Shown piece by piece: positions 1 through 10,112 of a DNA stretch of 64,000 nt. The stretch's first letter is position 1, and each line of letters begins with the position of its first letter. Origin of the DNA: a phage; sequence record PZ452611.1. One strand, given 5' to 3'. Both the position numbers and the translations under genes were made by a program. A model generated the notes under the pieces. That model was not told the DNA's origin, did not search any database, and saw only the letters and a program-made list of their open reading frames with translations.

Positions 1-25
1 CCTTTCGCTCCGGTAGGTTTGCAAT

Positions 26-649
26 ATGGCAAAAGTAGAATCCACGCATTGTAAGAGGTGCATCAAGTGCGGGGAGGTGAAAGACCTCTCCGAGTTCTAC
101 AAACACCAAAAGATGTCTGACGGTCATCTTAATAAGTGCAAAGAGTGTTGCAAGAAGGCCAGTAGGGAGGCTGACCAATTTTCCTACGACTCTTCAGAAA
201 AAGGTGTAATACGCGTGCTGTACAAGGCTCAAAAGTGCAACAGCAAGCAAAGAGGTCACCCGCCTCCGACTTACACCAAAAAAGAGTTTAAGGAGTGGCT
301 ATACCTAAACGGTTACAAAGAGTTGTATGATCAATGGGTAGCCAGCGGATACGACAAAAGGAAAAAGCCTTCTTGTGATAGGATAGATGATTTCAAAGGG
401 TACTCTTTTGATAATATCCGTTTAACTACCTGGGGAGAAAATAAAGACAAGCAGACGGAGGATATTCTGTTGCATAGAAGCACCAGCGGTAGACGGTGTA
501 AAAATGTAAGGAGACTGGACATGAATGGCAACGTTCTTAAAGAATGGGTATCCCACAATTCTTGTAGAAGAGAAACCGGAATATGTGTTGATTACTACAT
601 TCATGAAAAAATTCCAGCTCCCGATGGATACCTCTATGAATACTTTTAG
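26..649 (+). CDS. Cys-rich zinc-ribbon protein, possibly homing-endonuclease-like
   Basis: 207 aa ORF; N-terminal CxxC...CxxC cluster (CKRCIKCG...CKECCKK); weak RBS. Confidence 0.35.
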   Translation: MAKVESTHCKRCIKCGEVKDLSEFYKHQKMSDGHLNKCKECCKKASREADQFSYDSSEKGVIRVLYKAQKCNSKQRGHPPPTYTKKEFKEWLYLNGYKELYDQWVASGYDKRKKPSCDRIDDFKGYSFDNIRLTTWGENKDKQTEDILLHRSTSGRRCKNVRRLDMNGNVLKEWVSHNSCRRETGICVDYYIHEKIPAPDGYLYEYF

Positions 650-711
650 CACCTAACTGACATAGCCCTGCCCGAAAGGGTGGGGCATTTTTGTATAAGG
701 AGATCTGAAAA

Positions 712-1128
712 ATGACATTAGAAGATATCATTGTTAAACCTGAGAACTATGACCAATACAACCTGTCAACTCAATCTGTAGACCTCGGATGCGCCACAGT
801 CAGTGCATGGCTGGTTAACGGAAAAGAGCTTGACGAGTGCCTGGAAGCACACATGTCGGTGAATAAATTTCTTGATGAAAATACCCACTGGCTAGAGGGT
901 GCAGGAGTATATGCTTCATGGTTGGAGAGTATGGGATTCGACTACCAATCTGAAGAGGGGTGGTGGAGCTATTTAGCTATCTGCCCAGAGACGCTGCAAT
1001 GCTTCATGAAATATTCTGAAGATTTGGAGTACCGGGCGGTGGTTGATAGTGCCATTGCCCGTTATAGCCGTAAACCTTTTTCCCACGACATTAAAACTGT
1101 GGAAGAGTTTGTTGAAGTTTTCTGTTGA
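712..1128 (+). CDS. hypothetical protein
   Basis: 138 aa ORF preceded by AAGGAGA RBS. Confidence 0.5.
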   Translation: MTLEDIIVKPENYDQYNLSTQSVDLGCATVSAWLVNGKELDECLEAHMSVNKFLDENTHWLEGAGVYASWLESMGFDYQSEEGWWSYLAICPETLQCFMKYSEDLEYRAVVDSAIARYSRKPFSHDIKTVEEFVEVFC

Positions 1129-1224
1129 CACAGGTTGAAAGGTGTGCAATTATAACTTCATAGAACGGGAGGACGTGATGAACGAAGAAAACTGGGATGT
1201 ATAACTAACAGGAGGCCACTGCCC

Positions 1225-1422
1225 ATGATTTATCGAATCCGTGTAAGAGAAGATGCACCAGGCTGTTACTTTGACTGGCGTGGGTGGTGGTTTCTCCACC
1301 CGATGGATGGACTCACAGATAGAATGCTGGATGCTGCCCTTTATACAGATACCGACATAGAATATAATCTCTATCTGAAGGACGGTATAGATAACGGTCT
1401 ATTTGAAGCAATTCCTGTGTAA
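1225..1422 (+). CDS. hypothetical protein
   Basis: 65 aa ORF preceded by AGGAGG RBS. Confidence 0.4.
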   Translation: MIYRIRVREDAPGCYFDWRGWWFLHPMDGLTDRMLDAALYTDTDIEYNLYLKDGIDNGLFEAIPV

Positions 1423-1490
1423 GAGACTGTGATAGCCATGTTTTATGATCTTCCTGTAGCACCACCACCTGTTGAACCTGGAGAACTAAG

Positions 1491-1916
1491 ATGATCTATG
1501 AAATTCCAAAACTGATTCGCGACGATGCCCAAAACGCCCACACCTTTATCATGGGCAAGCGCATGGATATTATTTGTCATAAAGATTTCTGGGAAAGTAG
1601 TTACTTCACAGAGTATTTTGGTAAACTGGACAATGGTCTGCTGATCCAGTTCTACACCGACGAGGAAAACAATATCTGCTGGGAGTTCGAAACTGAAGAT
1701 ATCCATAAACTTCTCACCTTCCTCGGTATTAAGGTTGAGGCCAAGTTTGAAGAAGGTGAGTGCGACGATTGTGGATTCTACGAGGTAACAGATTTCTATC
1801 TTCCGAGTGGTGAGAACCTTTACTATGAAAGCCACTTCGGTAACTCCAATATGCCACAGTGCTGGACTGAGTTTTTTGAAATTGCGGAAGAGGAGCTGGC
1901 ATACCGTGATTATTGA
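1491..1916 (+). CDS. hypothetical protein
   Basis: 141 aa ORF, GGAGA RBS. Confidence 0.5.
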   Translation: MIYEIPKLIRDDAQNAHTFIMGKRMDIICHKDFWESSYFTEYFGKLDNGLLIQFYTDEENNICWEFETEDIHKLLTFLGIKVEAKFEEGECDDCGFYEVTDFYLPSGENLYYESHFGNSNMPQCWTEFFEIAEEELAYRDY

Positions 1917-2364
1917 TACTGTAGAGGGAGATCTAATCTCTCTTTTCAAGAAAGGGTCGGGCCACATGATCCACGGTTGTAACTGCTTTCACACAATGGG
2001 TGCAGGCATAGCGAAAGATATTGCCCGTGAGTTCCCTCAAGCACTGGCAGCCGACAAAGAGACTGCCTATGGTAATCTGGACAAGCTGGGTATGTTTTCT
2101 TGTTGGGAGCATTTTGCCAAGAACAGGGTCGTATATGGAATCAACCTGTATACCCAGTTCTACCCAGGGCCCAATGCTGAATACTTCTCAATAATGAAAG
2201 GTTTTGAGCGAGTCAACGAGGTATTCAAAGGTGTGTCATTGCCGTTCTACATTCCTAAAATTGGATGCGGTATTGGCGGTCTAAAGTGGGAACATGTAGA
2301 AGATGTAATTAATCTTGCAACCACAGATATTGATGTGGTTGTAGTAGAGTACAAAAAGTGTTGA
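1906..2364 (+). CDS. macro-domain-like protein (ADP-ribose binding/processing), putative
   Basis: GDLISLF...IHGCNCFHTMGAGIAKDI resembles macro-domain N-terminal Gly-rich motif; start uncertain (GTG 1906 or ATG 1966), track ORF begins 1807. Confidence 0.45.
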   Translation: MIIDTVEGDLISLFKKGSGHMIHGCNCFHTMGAGIAKDIAREFPQALAADKETAYGNLDKLGMFSCWEHFAKNRVVYGINLYTQFYPGPNAEYFSIMKGFERVNEVFKGVSLPFYIPKIGCGIGGLKWEHVEDVINLATTDIDVVVVEYKKC

Positions 2365-2794
2365 CGACCATCTTCTGAGGTGATATAGTTTCCACAACAA
2401 CTAAGAGAGGAGAGCACTGTGGAGACTAAAATCTTAATTCTTGCTGTGGTAGATACAACCGAAGGAGCTATATTCGAATCTGCAGGAGGGTATTTCTACC
2501 TACCCTACGGAAAAAGAACTGCCGAACCGGGTAAAGATTCAATCATCAAAGTGTTCCCGTGTGCTTTCTGGCTGGAGATTCTGGCATGAAAACCTGCATG
2601 TGTGTGTCCACGCAATCGGATAATCAAGGGCTGTTTGAAGAATATCCAGTAATAGATGGGCCTAGCATATCCTTGTGCGACTTCCTGACTGGGACACGTG
2701 GTGGCTGTACAAAAGTGATGAATATTCAGGCTATTACTTTGCAAAAACATTTACCGGAGAGTTGGTATTTGTTCTGGAGGACTGAGGAGGGCTT

Positions 2795-2989
2795 ATGAGA
2801 AACAAGAAAGAACTTTACTCTGGCGAGTGGATCAACGATCAACAGATTGGAGAGGTAACCTGCTTCCGATGTTTTACCAGGTACAATATTAAAACTGCAC
2901 CAAAAAGTGTTCCAAAGACTGATGGTTATTACATAAAAGAACCTTATTGCCCAAAATGTAAATGCCGATTATATTGGAGTAACCTGTAA
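2795..2989 (+). CDS. small Cys-rich protein (zinc ribbon)
   Basis: 64 aa, CxxC...CxxC, GAGGAGG RBS. Confidence 0.4.
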   Translation: MRNKKELYSGEWINDQQIGEVTCFRCFTRYNIKTAPKSVPKTDGYYIKEPYCPKCKCRLYWSNL

Positions 2990-3251
2990 AAGATTGACAT
3001 CTGAAAACTGCAGTGTATAATATATGCATAAACTAACAGAGAGTGATGTATTATGGTAATTTTTAACCGGGATGGTATCATAGTTAGACAGCACCCGTTC
3101 CTTGAATACTATCAAATTGAGCAATGGTGCTACGGGGATTGCAGTCACTCCTATGGGCAAAGTTGGGGATATCGTACAGTTTTTGAATCCACAGACCTTG
3201 ACAAAGTAAGACAGAAAGTTTTAGAACTTATTAACAACAAGTGAGTATGAT

Positions 3252-3584
3252 ATGGTAACATTAGAAAGACGTAAAGCTATCGCCGCCACACTGGCAGACA
3301 TCTTTTGGGAGTGCAATTTAAAAGATACTAGATATTGTGGCGCATCTGTAGATGCATTGTTCCCACGGCCCACTATTGTTGCAATGGGGAACCTGTTAAA
3401 CGTAGTGTATGGAGCGTGGGACAAAGAAGGTGGATTTTATATCTGGCAACCTGACTACGGGACCTGGAAAGAGGTAAGGGGTGCGGATGACTTTGGGCCT
3501 GCAGTTGCTAAGATGGATGGCTGGGAAATCTATGTTGGAAACGACATGAAGCTGAAGGGCGAGATTGTTTACTGGTTACCTTAA
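3252..3584 (+). CDS. hypothetical protein
   Basis: 110 aa ORF in + early block. Confidence 0.4.
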   Translation: MVTLERRKAIAATLADIFWECNLKDTRYCGASVDALFPRPTIVAMGNLLNVVYGAWDKEGGFYIWQPDYGTWKEVRGADDFGPAVAKMDGWEIYVGNDMKLKGEIVYWLP

Positions 3585-3604
3585 GAAAGTGCAGGAGATA
3601 AAGT

Positions 3605-3850
3605 ATGAACAAAGGGTGGACATTTGTAGACGGCGTTAAAAACATGCCTCTAGGAAAGTATATTGTAGCCATGGCTGATGAGGATGGCAATGTAGATTTC
3701 GGAGCTTGCGAGGTTGTTCTTGCAGGATCTGGTAACTATGTGAGTAAAACCGGGATAATTAACGGTCAGTTCTACTTTGATCACAACCCTGTTGTAGCGT
3801 ATATGGCTATGCCAGAGTTTAAGTTCCCAAAGGAGGATGCAGATGTTTAA
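3605..3850 (+). CDS. hypothetical protein
   Basis: 81 aa ORF, AGGAGA RBS. Confidence 0.45.
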   Translation: MNKGWTFVDGVKNMPLGKYIVAMADEDGNVDFGACEVVLAGSGNYVSKTGIINGQFYFDHNPVVAYMAMPEFKFPKEDADV

Positions 3851-4040
3851 GCTTAAATCTGCATGGAACATCGCTGTGGGTGATGAGATCCGTATCCCCG
3901 GTGGGAAGACCATTATGAAGATATCTCGTATTGAGTACGAAGGTGACCGTGTATTCCACATCTTCGCAGAAGATGGTCGAGAAATTTATATACAGGCAGG
4001 TTCTCACATTTATATCCGTAAGAAAGGGGACGACAAATGA
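3837..4040 (+). CDS. hypothetical protein
   Basis: 67 aa ORF, AGGAGG RBS, 14 nt overlap with upstream gene. Confidence 0.45.
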   Translation: MQMFKLKSAWNIAVGDEIRIPGGKTIMKISRIEYEGDRVFHIFAEDGREIYIQAGSHIYIRKKGDDK

Positions 4041-4366
4041 CAGAGATCATCATTTCAACTGCAGGGTATGTGTTCCTGACAATCATTGCACTGACTATTT
4101 TGGTGACAGTGTATGGGTTTGTTATCCTTCCTATCCTTGAGACATTTAGTTTGTGTCGGTGTTGGAGAAAAGCTTACGGTCCACAACCATGGAAGGACTG
4201 GCCCCACCTAGTGCGCTTAGCGTTCTCTTATGCTTACGATCACTCCAGCAGTGCATGCATAACCGGATACCACGCCCACAACTGGAGCTGGGAAGGGTTG
4301 AGGAAATGGAATGTTACAAAGACCATACCTCTGCGCATGTACAAACCTAAAAACAAAGACAGCTGA
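4037..4366 (+). CDS. hypothetical membrane protein
   Basis: 109 aa, hydrophobic N-terminus, ATGA overlap with upstream stop. Confidence 0.4.
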   Translation: MTEIIISTAGYVFLTIIALTILVTVYGFVILPILETFSLCRCWRKAYGPQPWKDWPHLVRLAFSYAYDHSSSACITGYHAHNWSWEGLRKWNVTKTIPLRMYKPKNKDS

Positions 4367-4384
4367 TACTTGAAAATTCCTGGC

Positions 4385-4960
4385 ATATCAAGTATAAGGG
4401 GGATTTCTAAAATGGATTTCCTCCTTTTGATATTTCACCGGGCTGGATATTTTAAAATTCTTAGAAAATCAGAAAATGGATCGAAAACTAAAATGGATTT
4501 TTTCAGCACAGGCGCGGAAAATTGTGCCAATCTATCTAGCCGTTTGCACCATATTCGAGATCACCGTTCCAGATTTCCCACACATACACACCTCTCCACC
4601 ATACCTTTCTCCACTCACTCTTAGTGATTTATGACGGAAAACCCATCGCTATCAGTGAGTTGCGGTACAATTTTTCCAGTACTCGATCTACTTTTCATCT
4701 CATGGCTTGGATTTTCTGAAAATTTTTCTCGATAAATTTCTCAGTACTCGATCTGTTTTTCGTTTTCTGAATCGGATTTTCTGGAAATCGTTCCGGAGCT
4801 CGACCTGAAATTTTTGGGGACGAAATCGATTTTTCGTTTTCAGAAATGGATTTTTAAAATTTCTATATGGGAATATTTTATGGGATACTGTTTTATAGGA
4901 AATTGTTACGGAGGGTAATTAGCATGCTAACTAAATTTATGAAATGCGAAAAGTTCTCAT
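4385..4960. repeat. ORF-poor repeat region (AAAATGGATTT x4, GGATTTTCTGRAAAT x2, TACTCGATCT x2)
   Basis: short direct repeats read directly in sequence; no convincing RBS-led ORF. Confidence 0.6.
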
Positions 4961-4974
4961 TTAGAATTTTGAAT

Positions 4975-5190
4975 GATAATCATTCTCGTTTGCAGAATAA
5001 CGGGCACCCCCGGTGATTGTCTCCCGGCCCCTACTGCCCCGGCTTGTTATTATAGTAACACACAGGACAAAGAAAGCAAGAAGTTTTTGCATAAATTTTT
5101 AGACGATAATGATAATCGTTCTCATTTTATGCAGCGCCCATCCCCGGTGGTTGTCTCCCCCGTCACCGGTGCCTGCCGTCCTTTCGATAG
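4975..5190. repeat. two ~55 bp direct repeats (GATAATC..TTGCAG..CACCCCCGGTGATTGTCTCCC)
   Basis: copy at 4975-5030 and 5108-5165; related inverted copy at 13801-13850. Confidence 0.55.
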
Positions 5191-5381
5191 GTATATTGTG
5201 CCACCTGGCGGGGCCGCTGTCAACACTTTTCAAAAAATTTTTCTAACCTGATGCGCTAACCGCTGCAACCTGGCGGGGCCAGCCTGGCAGGACCTAACTG
5301 ACCAGGTAGGAGAGAATGAAGGCTTATAATCTGGTGGGCCTGTGCTATAGGATAGGTAACAATTGAAGAGGAGGTACAAAA

Positions 5382-5564
5382 ATGAAAGGTAATATGATCC
5401 CCCTGGAAAATGTAGCGATTAATGACGCTGAGGCTATCGCCCTGGTTGAAAAGGCTATGGCGGGAGCGTTGGAACATAAAGAAGAGTACGAAAAATGGTG
5501 GTTAACCTGGCGGGGGCGGCGGCTGGAGAATTCTGCCCAAAAAATAATTTTAACTAATGGTTGA
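5382..5564 (+). CDS. hypothetical protein
   Basis: 60 aa, GAGGAGG RBS. Confidence 0.5.
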   Translation: MKGNMIPLENVAINDAEAIALVEKAMAGALEHKEEYEKWWLTWRGRRLENSAQKIILTNG

Positions 5565-5643
5565 CAGCTCGGACAGTTCTTGTTATTCTTATCCTCGCAA
5601 GGTGAACAACACCACACTAATTAACAGAGAGGATAAAAAAATC

Positions 5644-5841
5644 ATGAACGCCTACGGAATCAAAGTACGTCGCAGCACTCGCCAGGTGGTCACCGATCAA
5701 ATGGTTTGCCAGGTGGACGTAACCATCAACAACGGGCAAGGCCTTTATAAATTTCGTCGCGGTCATAGCTATACCCTGCAACAGCTTAATCGTTGCGCCC
5801 TGACAAAAGGTCAGATCAACCACTGGTTTAATAAAAAATAA
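5644..5841 (+). CDS. hypothetical protein
   Basis: 65 aa from internal ATG with GAGAGGA RBS (track ORF starts 5557). Confidence 0.5.
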   Translation: MNAYGIKVRRSTRQVVTDQMVCQVDVTINNGQGLYKFRRGHSYTLQQLNRCALTKGQINHWFNKK

Positions 5842-5844
5842 GTA

Positions 5845-5873
5845 TTGACATATAGTCCGACACCAAATACACT
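5845..5873 (+). promoter_or_regulatory. sigma70-like promoter TTGACA-N17-TACACT
   Basis: consensus -35 and near-consensus -10 upstream of gene 5906. Confidence 0.5.
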
Positions 5874-5905
5874 AAAAGCACAAAAGACACTAAGAGGATA
5901 AAATC

Positions 5906-6304
5906 ATGAAAACCACTACCTTTAATTTTGATAATGCAGACTTTTCTTTTTCTGATGTCAAGAACTGCCGCCGTGATCGTGGATTTTACAAGGCTTATAA
6001 TCTGGTGGGCCTGGACGATGACAATAATTTGCACGAAGTAGCTGAGATCCGGTATTATGCCGCCGCCAGTGGGAACACTTACTACTGCGTTTTTTGGATA
6101 CACGACAACAAGAACAATAAGTACGGCTATACTGGCGGCAAGGCAAGCGGTCACGGTTATGATAAAGCTAACGCAGCACTTGAGAGCGCATTAAATGCCA
6201 TGGGGATCACTGCCGACGGCTGGATCTACGAAGAAGAGTTTTTGTCGGCACTTGCTGACCACCTAGGCTATAAAAAGCACATTGTAACATGCGCCCACGA
6301 ATAA
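5906..6304 (+). CDS. hypothetical protein
   Basis: 132 aa, AAGAGGA RBS. Confidence 0.55.
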   Translation: MKTTTFNFDNADFSFSDVKNCRRDRGFYKAYNLVGLDDDNNLHEVAEIRYYAAASGNTYYCVFWIHDNKNNKYGYTGGKASGHGYDKANAALESALNAMGITADGWIYEEEFLSALADHLGYKKHIVTCAHE

Positions 6305-6310
6305 AAATCA

Positions 6311-6338
6311 TTGACACGCTGCAAAATTTAAGTAAACT
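6311..6338 (+). promoter_or_regulatory. sigma70-like promoter TTGACA-N16-TAAACT
   Basis: followed by 5'UTR hairpin GGCGGGAAtgttTTCCCGCC (6349-6367) and RBS. Confidence 0.5.
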
Positions 6339-6386
6339 AGACACAAAAGGCGGGAATGTTTCCCGCCAGCACAAAGGAAAAAGATC

Positions 6387-6791
6387 ATGAATAAGAACGT
6401 ACGCCGCATCATGAACGAGTTGGCAAACGATGAAAAAATTATTGACATGCATTTGATCAACATTTGCCGCCGTTGTGTAACATATAACAACCGCGCCGCA
6501 AAAGCGCGTGAGATGAACGCAAAAGGCACCTTAAAGCCATTCCAGGTGGTGGTAAAGGCCATTAAAGATGTAACTAATACGGCAAACCAGGTACAGGGGA
6601 ACACCAACGAGAGTACCAATATTGATCCGGCTTACATCATGAAACGGATCCGGACCTGCAAGAACAAAGAGCAAGTGTATAATGTCATAGACTGGTTGGA
6701 TTCTATGGGCGATGTGGTTTACAATAGGTTTTCTGCAGCTATCGAGATCCAGCTTGACAGGTTGGACGGTAAAGTACTAAAAACTTACTAA
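6387..6791 (+). CDS. hypothetical protein
   Basis: 134 aa, RBS AAAGGAAAAAG. Confidence 0.55.
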   Translation: MNKNVRRIMNELANDEKIIDMHLINICRRCVTYNNRAAKAREMNAKGTLKPFQVVVKAIKDVTNTANQVQGNTNESTNIDPAYIMKRIRTCKNKEQVYNVIDWLDSMGDVVYNRFSAAIEIQLDRLDGKVLKTY

Positions 6792-6793
6792 GT

Positions 6794-6838
6794 TTATTTT
6801 TAGATGGCCTTGACTCCAGGGCCATCGATAAAGTAAAC
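6794..6838. promoter_or_regulatory. conserved palindromic cassette TTTTTAGATGGCCTTGACT-CAGGGCCATC-ATAAAGTAAAC (copy 1)
   Basis: near-identical 45 bp element also at 7424-7470 and 11166-11210; inverted repeat GATGGCC/GGCCATC flanks TTGACT. Confidence 0.6.
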
Positions 6839-6871
6839 TAATCCCAGTTAAGCGAAAAAGGAGGCTTGAAG

Positions 6872-6991
6872 ATGAGCACTACACGCCAACACACAAAGGT
6901 AACGATTATCGTTTGCATCATTGGTTACATCCTGGCGCAAATGTTGATGGGTAGCGCCAATGATTTCGCAAAATTTTTCTTAGACTTTTAA
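6872..6991 (+). CDS. small hydrophobic peptide (39 aa)
   Basis: AAAGGAGG RBS then ATG; single predicted TM; below track length cutoff. Confidence 0.4.
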   Translation: MSTTRQHTKVTIIVCIIGYILAQMLMGSANDFAKFFLDF

Positions 6992-7071
6992 TTGACAAGC
7001 TAACTTAAATCAGTATAATACTAAGCACATAAACGGGAAAACTTCCCAGAACACCAAAAGGAGAAAACATT

Positions 7072-7422
7072 ATGAATACTTCCATCACTATGACCGCCGA
7101 AGAAAAAGCCCTGCAGATCGCCGCTCTGAAAAAACAGATTGCAGAACTTGAAGACAAGATCGACAATTTTGAAATCGACGAAGACAAATACGACGATAAA
7201 TATGATGAATGGTTGGACGAGATCTACGGCGAAATTATGATCGGAAACATTTCTTTTCTTCCGTCGCGTATCCTCAAGGAGCTAGATCCTATCGCTTACC
7301 GCTGCGGATTTAGCGACTACATCGACAGCCTGGATATTGAGGACGATGAAGAATACCAGGAATTACAGACAGAGCTTGAAGAAGTGAAAGAAGAGCTTGC
7401 AGAACTGGAAGAAAACGAGTAA
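7072..7422 (+). CDS. acidic coiled-coil protein
   Basis: 116 aa, AAAGGAGAAAACATTATG. Confidence 0.55.
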   Translation: MNTSITMTAEEKALQIAALKKQIAELEDKIDNFEIDEDKYDDKYDEWLDEIYGEIMIGNISFLPSRILKELDPIAYRCGFSDYIDSLDIEDDEEYQELQTELEEVKEELAELEENE

Positions 7423-7423
7423 A

Positions 7424-7470
7424 TTTATTTTTAGATGGCCTTGACTTCAGGGCCATCAATAAAGTAAACT
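7424..7470. promoter_or_regulatory. conserved palindromic cassette (copy 2)
   Basis: same 45 bp element as 6794-6838. Confidence 0.6.
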
Positions 7471-7511
7471 TTAGACTGTTAACACTTAACCAATACAGAG
7501 GAGTTAAAACC

Positions 7512-7757
7512 ATGGCCGCACTAATTACCAAATATTATGCCCCTACCAACACCAAAAGCGCCCGTATCATGGTAAAAGGCTTCGGACGTAAAAAGGTGTA
7601 CACCTGGGATTATTCCCTAGACATGGAAGACAACTACACCAACGCGATGACAGATTTTATTAATGAGCTGAACACGCGGATCTTGACAAATTATAAAATT
7701 ACCGATATTGCCTATATAGGGGAAGGCGGGATCTGTTTTGTCGGTATCGTCAAATAA
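7512..7757 (+). CDS. hypothetical protein
   Basis: 81 aa, GAGGAG RBS. Confidence 0.5.
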   Translation: MAALITKYYAPTNTKSARIMVKGFGRKKVYTWDYSLDMEDNYTNAMTDFINELNTRILTNYKITDIAYIGEGGICFVGIVK

Positions 7758-7833
7758 ACTGTTTTTTCGGTGGTCCTGGTAGCAGGGCCATCTATAAAGA
7801 TAGTTTATCAGCACAATGAAAGGAGAAAGTAAC

Positions 7834-8187
7834 ATGATCAGCGGGGCAAGTTTTATTATTGGCGCTATTGCTACGGCTTTAATTGTAAACAAGATCCAAT
7901 CCAAAAACGAAAAAGAGAGCAACGCGCTTACAGAATACCCATTTTGGGTATTCAACGACAATGAAGACTACATTATCAAGTACAAGGATGAGAAAGGGGA
8001 CCAGGTAACACCGAGACCGATCCCAGCTTACAAGATGCAAGAAACATTATACCGCTTAAAGGCTGGCGGCGCAAAAATCGTAGACTTTTGGGGATATGAT
8101 TGCAAGGATCAGGAGACTATAAAACGTCGTATCCGGGCGATTCAGGCAAATATTGAGATCAGTAAAGGGGGCGTTTATGAAAATTAA
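7834..8187 (+). CDS. hypothetical protein with N-terminal TM
   Basis: start moved to ATG 7834 after AAAGGAGAAAG RBS (track 7816). Confidence 0.5.
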   Translation: MISGASFIIGAIATALIVNKIQSKNEKESNALTEYPFWVFNDNEDYIIKYKDEKGDQVTPRPIPAYKMQETLYRLKAGGAKIVDFWGYDCKDQETIKRRIRAIQANIEISKGGVYEN

Positions 8188-8374
8188 TTTCGAAAAAATT
8201 GTAAAGCGCCCCCACGATTCCGAAGAGCTGCCGGAACGCCGCCAGCGTAACAATAAACTGAATAAACCGAAAAGGTTCGGGAAGATCTGGAGAAATCACT
8301 ATGATCGCAAATTACCGGGCCTGCTTTTGGAACGTGAACGACAGGCGGAACGATACCGCCACAAAGACAAATAG
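8177..8374 (+). CDS. small basic protein
   Basis: Arg/Lys-rich 65 aa; internal ATG after AAAGGGGG. Confidence 0.4.
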   Translation: MKINFEKIVKRPHDSEELPERRQRNNKLNKPKRFGKIWRNHYDRKLPGLLLERERQAERYRHKDK

Positions 8375-8382
8375 CAACCAAC

Positions 8383-8410
8383 GCCCCGCCATTGTGCGGG
8401 GCTTTTTATT
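8383..8410 (+). terminator. rho-independent terminator
   Basis: GCCCCGCC-attgt-GCGGGGC followed by TTTTT. Confidence 0.7.
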
Positions 8411-8555
8411 TCTATCCCGCCGATAGCGCCCCTGGTTGGCCCTACAAGCGCCATAAAGGCCCCTACCTATGCAATCCCCTTTCTTAACCTGAAAACAGCG
8501 TCTAGGGCCGTTTTATGGCGTTAAAAATATTATTGACAGTAATTCTATTTAAAGC

Positions 8556-8584
8556 TTGACACCTTGGGATAGTCCGGATATACT
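8556..8584 (+). promoter_or_regulatory. sigma70-like promoter TTGACA-N17-TATACT
   Basis: second TTGACA at 8533; upstream of gene 8620. Confidence 0.5.
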
Positions 8585-8619
8585 AACCACATCAAAGCAA
8601 GAAGGAAGGAGTAAACGCC

Positions 8620-8880
8620 ATGCGTAAATTAAAAAATTTTGATAAAGTAGATGTTGTCCTGAATAATTTTTACTACTGCAATAATAAAGCCGTTTGGTGG
8701 CGTGATAGTTCCACCGATAAAGTTAAAGCGCGCTTTCTCCAAGGGCACTGGCAAGGCCGCCCAGTGATTAAAATCTCGGGGCAATTGGTAGCGTTTAAAA
8801 ATTGCCGCCGTGTTGATGACGTTGAAGAGATTCTAAACATTTTACGCCACAATAATTTAAAAAATAGTGTTGACAAGTAA
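8620..8880 (+). CDS. hypothetical protein
   Basis: 86 aa, GGAAGGAG RBS. Confidence 0.5.
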   Translation: MRKLKNFDKVDVVLNNFYYCNNKAVWWRDSSTDKVKARFLQGHWQGRPVIKISGQLVAFKNCRRVDDVEEILNILRHNNLKNSVDK

Positions 8881-8897
8881 GTCTCAATAAGTATACT
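8870..8897 (+). promoter_or_regulatory. sigma70-like promoter TTGACA-N16-TATACT
   Basis: followed by hairpin GGCGGGAAaacTTCCCGCC (8908-8926). Confidence 0.5.
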
Positions 8898-8954
8898 TAA
8901 ACACACAGGCGGGAAAACTTCCCGCCACTAACAAAGAAAATAGGAGAAAATATC

Positions 8955-9578
8955 ATGACCACCGTTAACATTACCACAGGTTACAATTTAGCTTTCGACG
9001 TGCTGACCGACGAACAAAAAGAAAAAGCCGTTGAAATGGTCCGAGAAAGAGAAGAACACAGCGGGGATAACTTTTTTGCAGAAAGTGTAATTGAAGACTA
9101 TAAAGAATATGTCTTTCCAGAGTATGGCCTTGAAGATACCAAGGTACATTGGTCCGGCTTTTGGTGCCAGGGTGACGGCGCGTCAATCAGTGCGGAAAAC
9201 GTGGATTTAGAAAAATTCTTGCGTAAAGTAAAGGCCCTGACCAAGTTCCGATCAATTCGTCACTTGTTCGGCACAATGCACGATGGCGAGCTATCCGCAA
9301 GTGTTGAGCGTGATCCATATAGCCGCTATAGTCACGAAAACACTGTAAGCGGGTACATCGATACTACATGGCTAGACCTGACCGCCAAACAAGAAAATAA
9401 AGTGGAAGATCTGGAAGAGCTGATCACCGAGACGGTACGGGAGCTATCCCGCAAGGTTTACGTAGACCTGGAGGAGGCCTATCTAGAACAGTTCACTACC
9501 GAAAACCTGATCGGCCTTATTGAGGCCAATGATTGGCGGTTTGATGTGGATGAATATGGAGAGATGAGTTTTTCATAA
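8955..9578 (+). CDS. hypothetical protein
   Basis: 207 aa, TAGGAGAAAATATCATG. Confidence 0.6.
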   Translation: MTTVNITTGYNLAFDVLTDEQKEKAVEMVREREEHSGDNFFAESVIEDYKEYVFPEYGLEDTKVHWSGFWCQGDGASISAENVDLEKFLRKVKALTKFRSIRHLFGTMHDGELSASVERDPYSRYSHENTVSGYIDTTWLDLTAKQENKVEDLEELITETVRELSRKVYVDLEEAYLEQFTTENLIGLIEANDWRFDVDEYGEMSFS

Positions 9579-9667
9579 ATAAAGTGTTGCAATAATCTAA
9601 AAACCTGCTATATTAAAACTCAAGGGGCAAGACGTTTGCCCCCACACAAAACAAAGAGGAAAACATC

Positions 9668-10048
9668 ATGAAAAACACTACCAAAGCTATTTACACCGTT
9701 ATGTTTAACCTGGTTACCTTTCGCGAGGATATGAAAGATCTTCCGCGTGAAACAGTGTGCGACCATATCGAAAACTATCGCAAACTAATCAAAGAGTTGC
9801 CTTTAAAACGTGATCAGTATGCGGCTAACGCCATGCTTAATGCCATGATCAAAAAGATGATCCAGTGTGATTTAATTCTAGCCTATGATTATGCGGGTGG
9901 TCGTTTTGCAGTATACAATCAGCCCGTGCCCGGTATGGGCACCATCGAAGAATTGCACGCGCTCAATCTAAAACAAGATGTGTGGGATAGTATGCCCCGC
10001 GTGGTGGTGTGGGCAGAAAGCGGGAAGATTTACGGCGATAGTTTTTAA
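9668..10048 (+). CDS. hypothetical protein
   Basis: 126 aa, AAAGAGGAAAACATCATG. Confidence 0.55.
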   Translation: MKNTTKAIYTVMFNLVTFREDMKDLPRETVCDHIENYRKLIKELPLKRDQYAANAMLNAMIKKMIQCDLILAYDYAGGRFAVYNQPVPGMGTIEELHALNLKQDVWDSMPRVVVWAESGKIYGDSF

Positions 10049-10112
10049 TCAGGTAACAGGCGGCATATTTGCCGCCTTATTGTTAAACAAAACTGCAAAA
10101 GAGGTACATAGA

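Noticed and set aside
1807-1965. N-terminal 53 codons of track ORF 1807-2364
   Set aside because: Overlaps the preceding gene by 110 nt; macro-domain homology begins near 1906-1966, so the upstream extension is probably not translated.
4973-5251. 92 aa ORF in the track
   Set aside because: Spans the two 55 bp direct repeats, Pro/Cys-rich translation, no RBS; likely non-coding.
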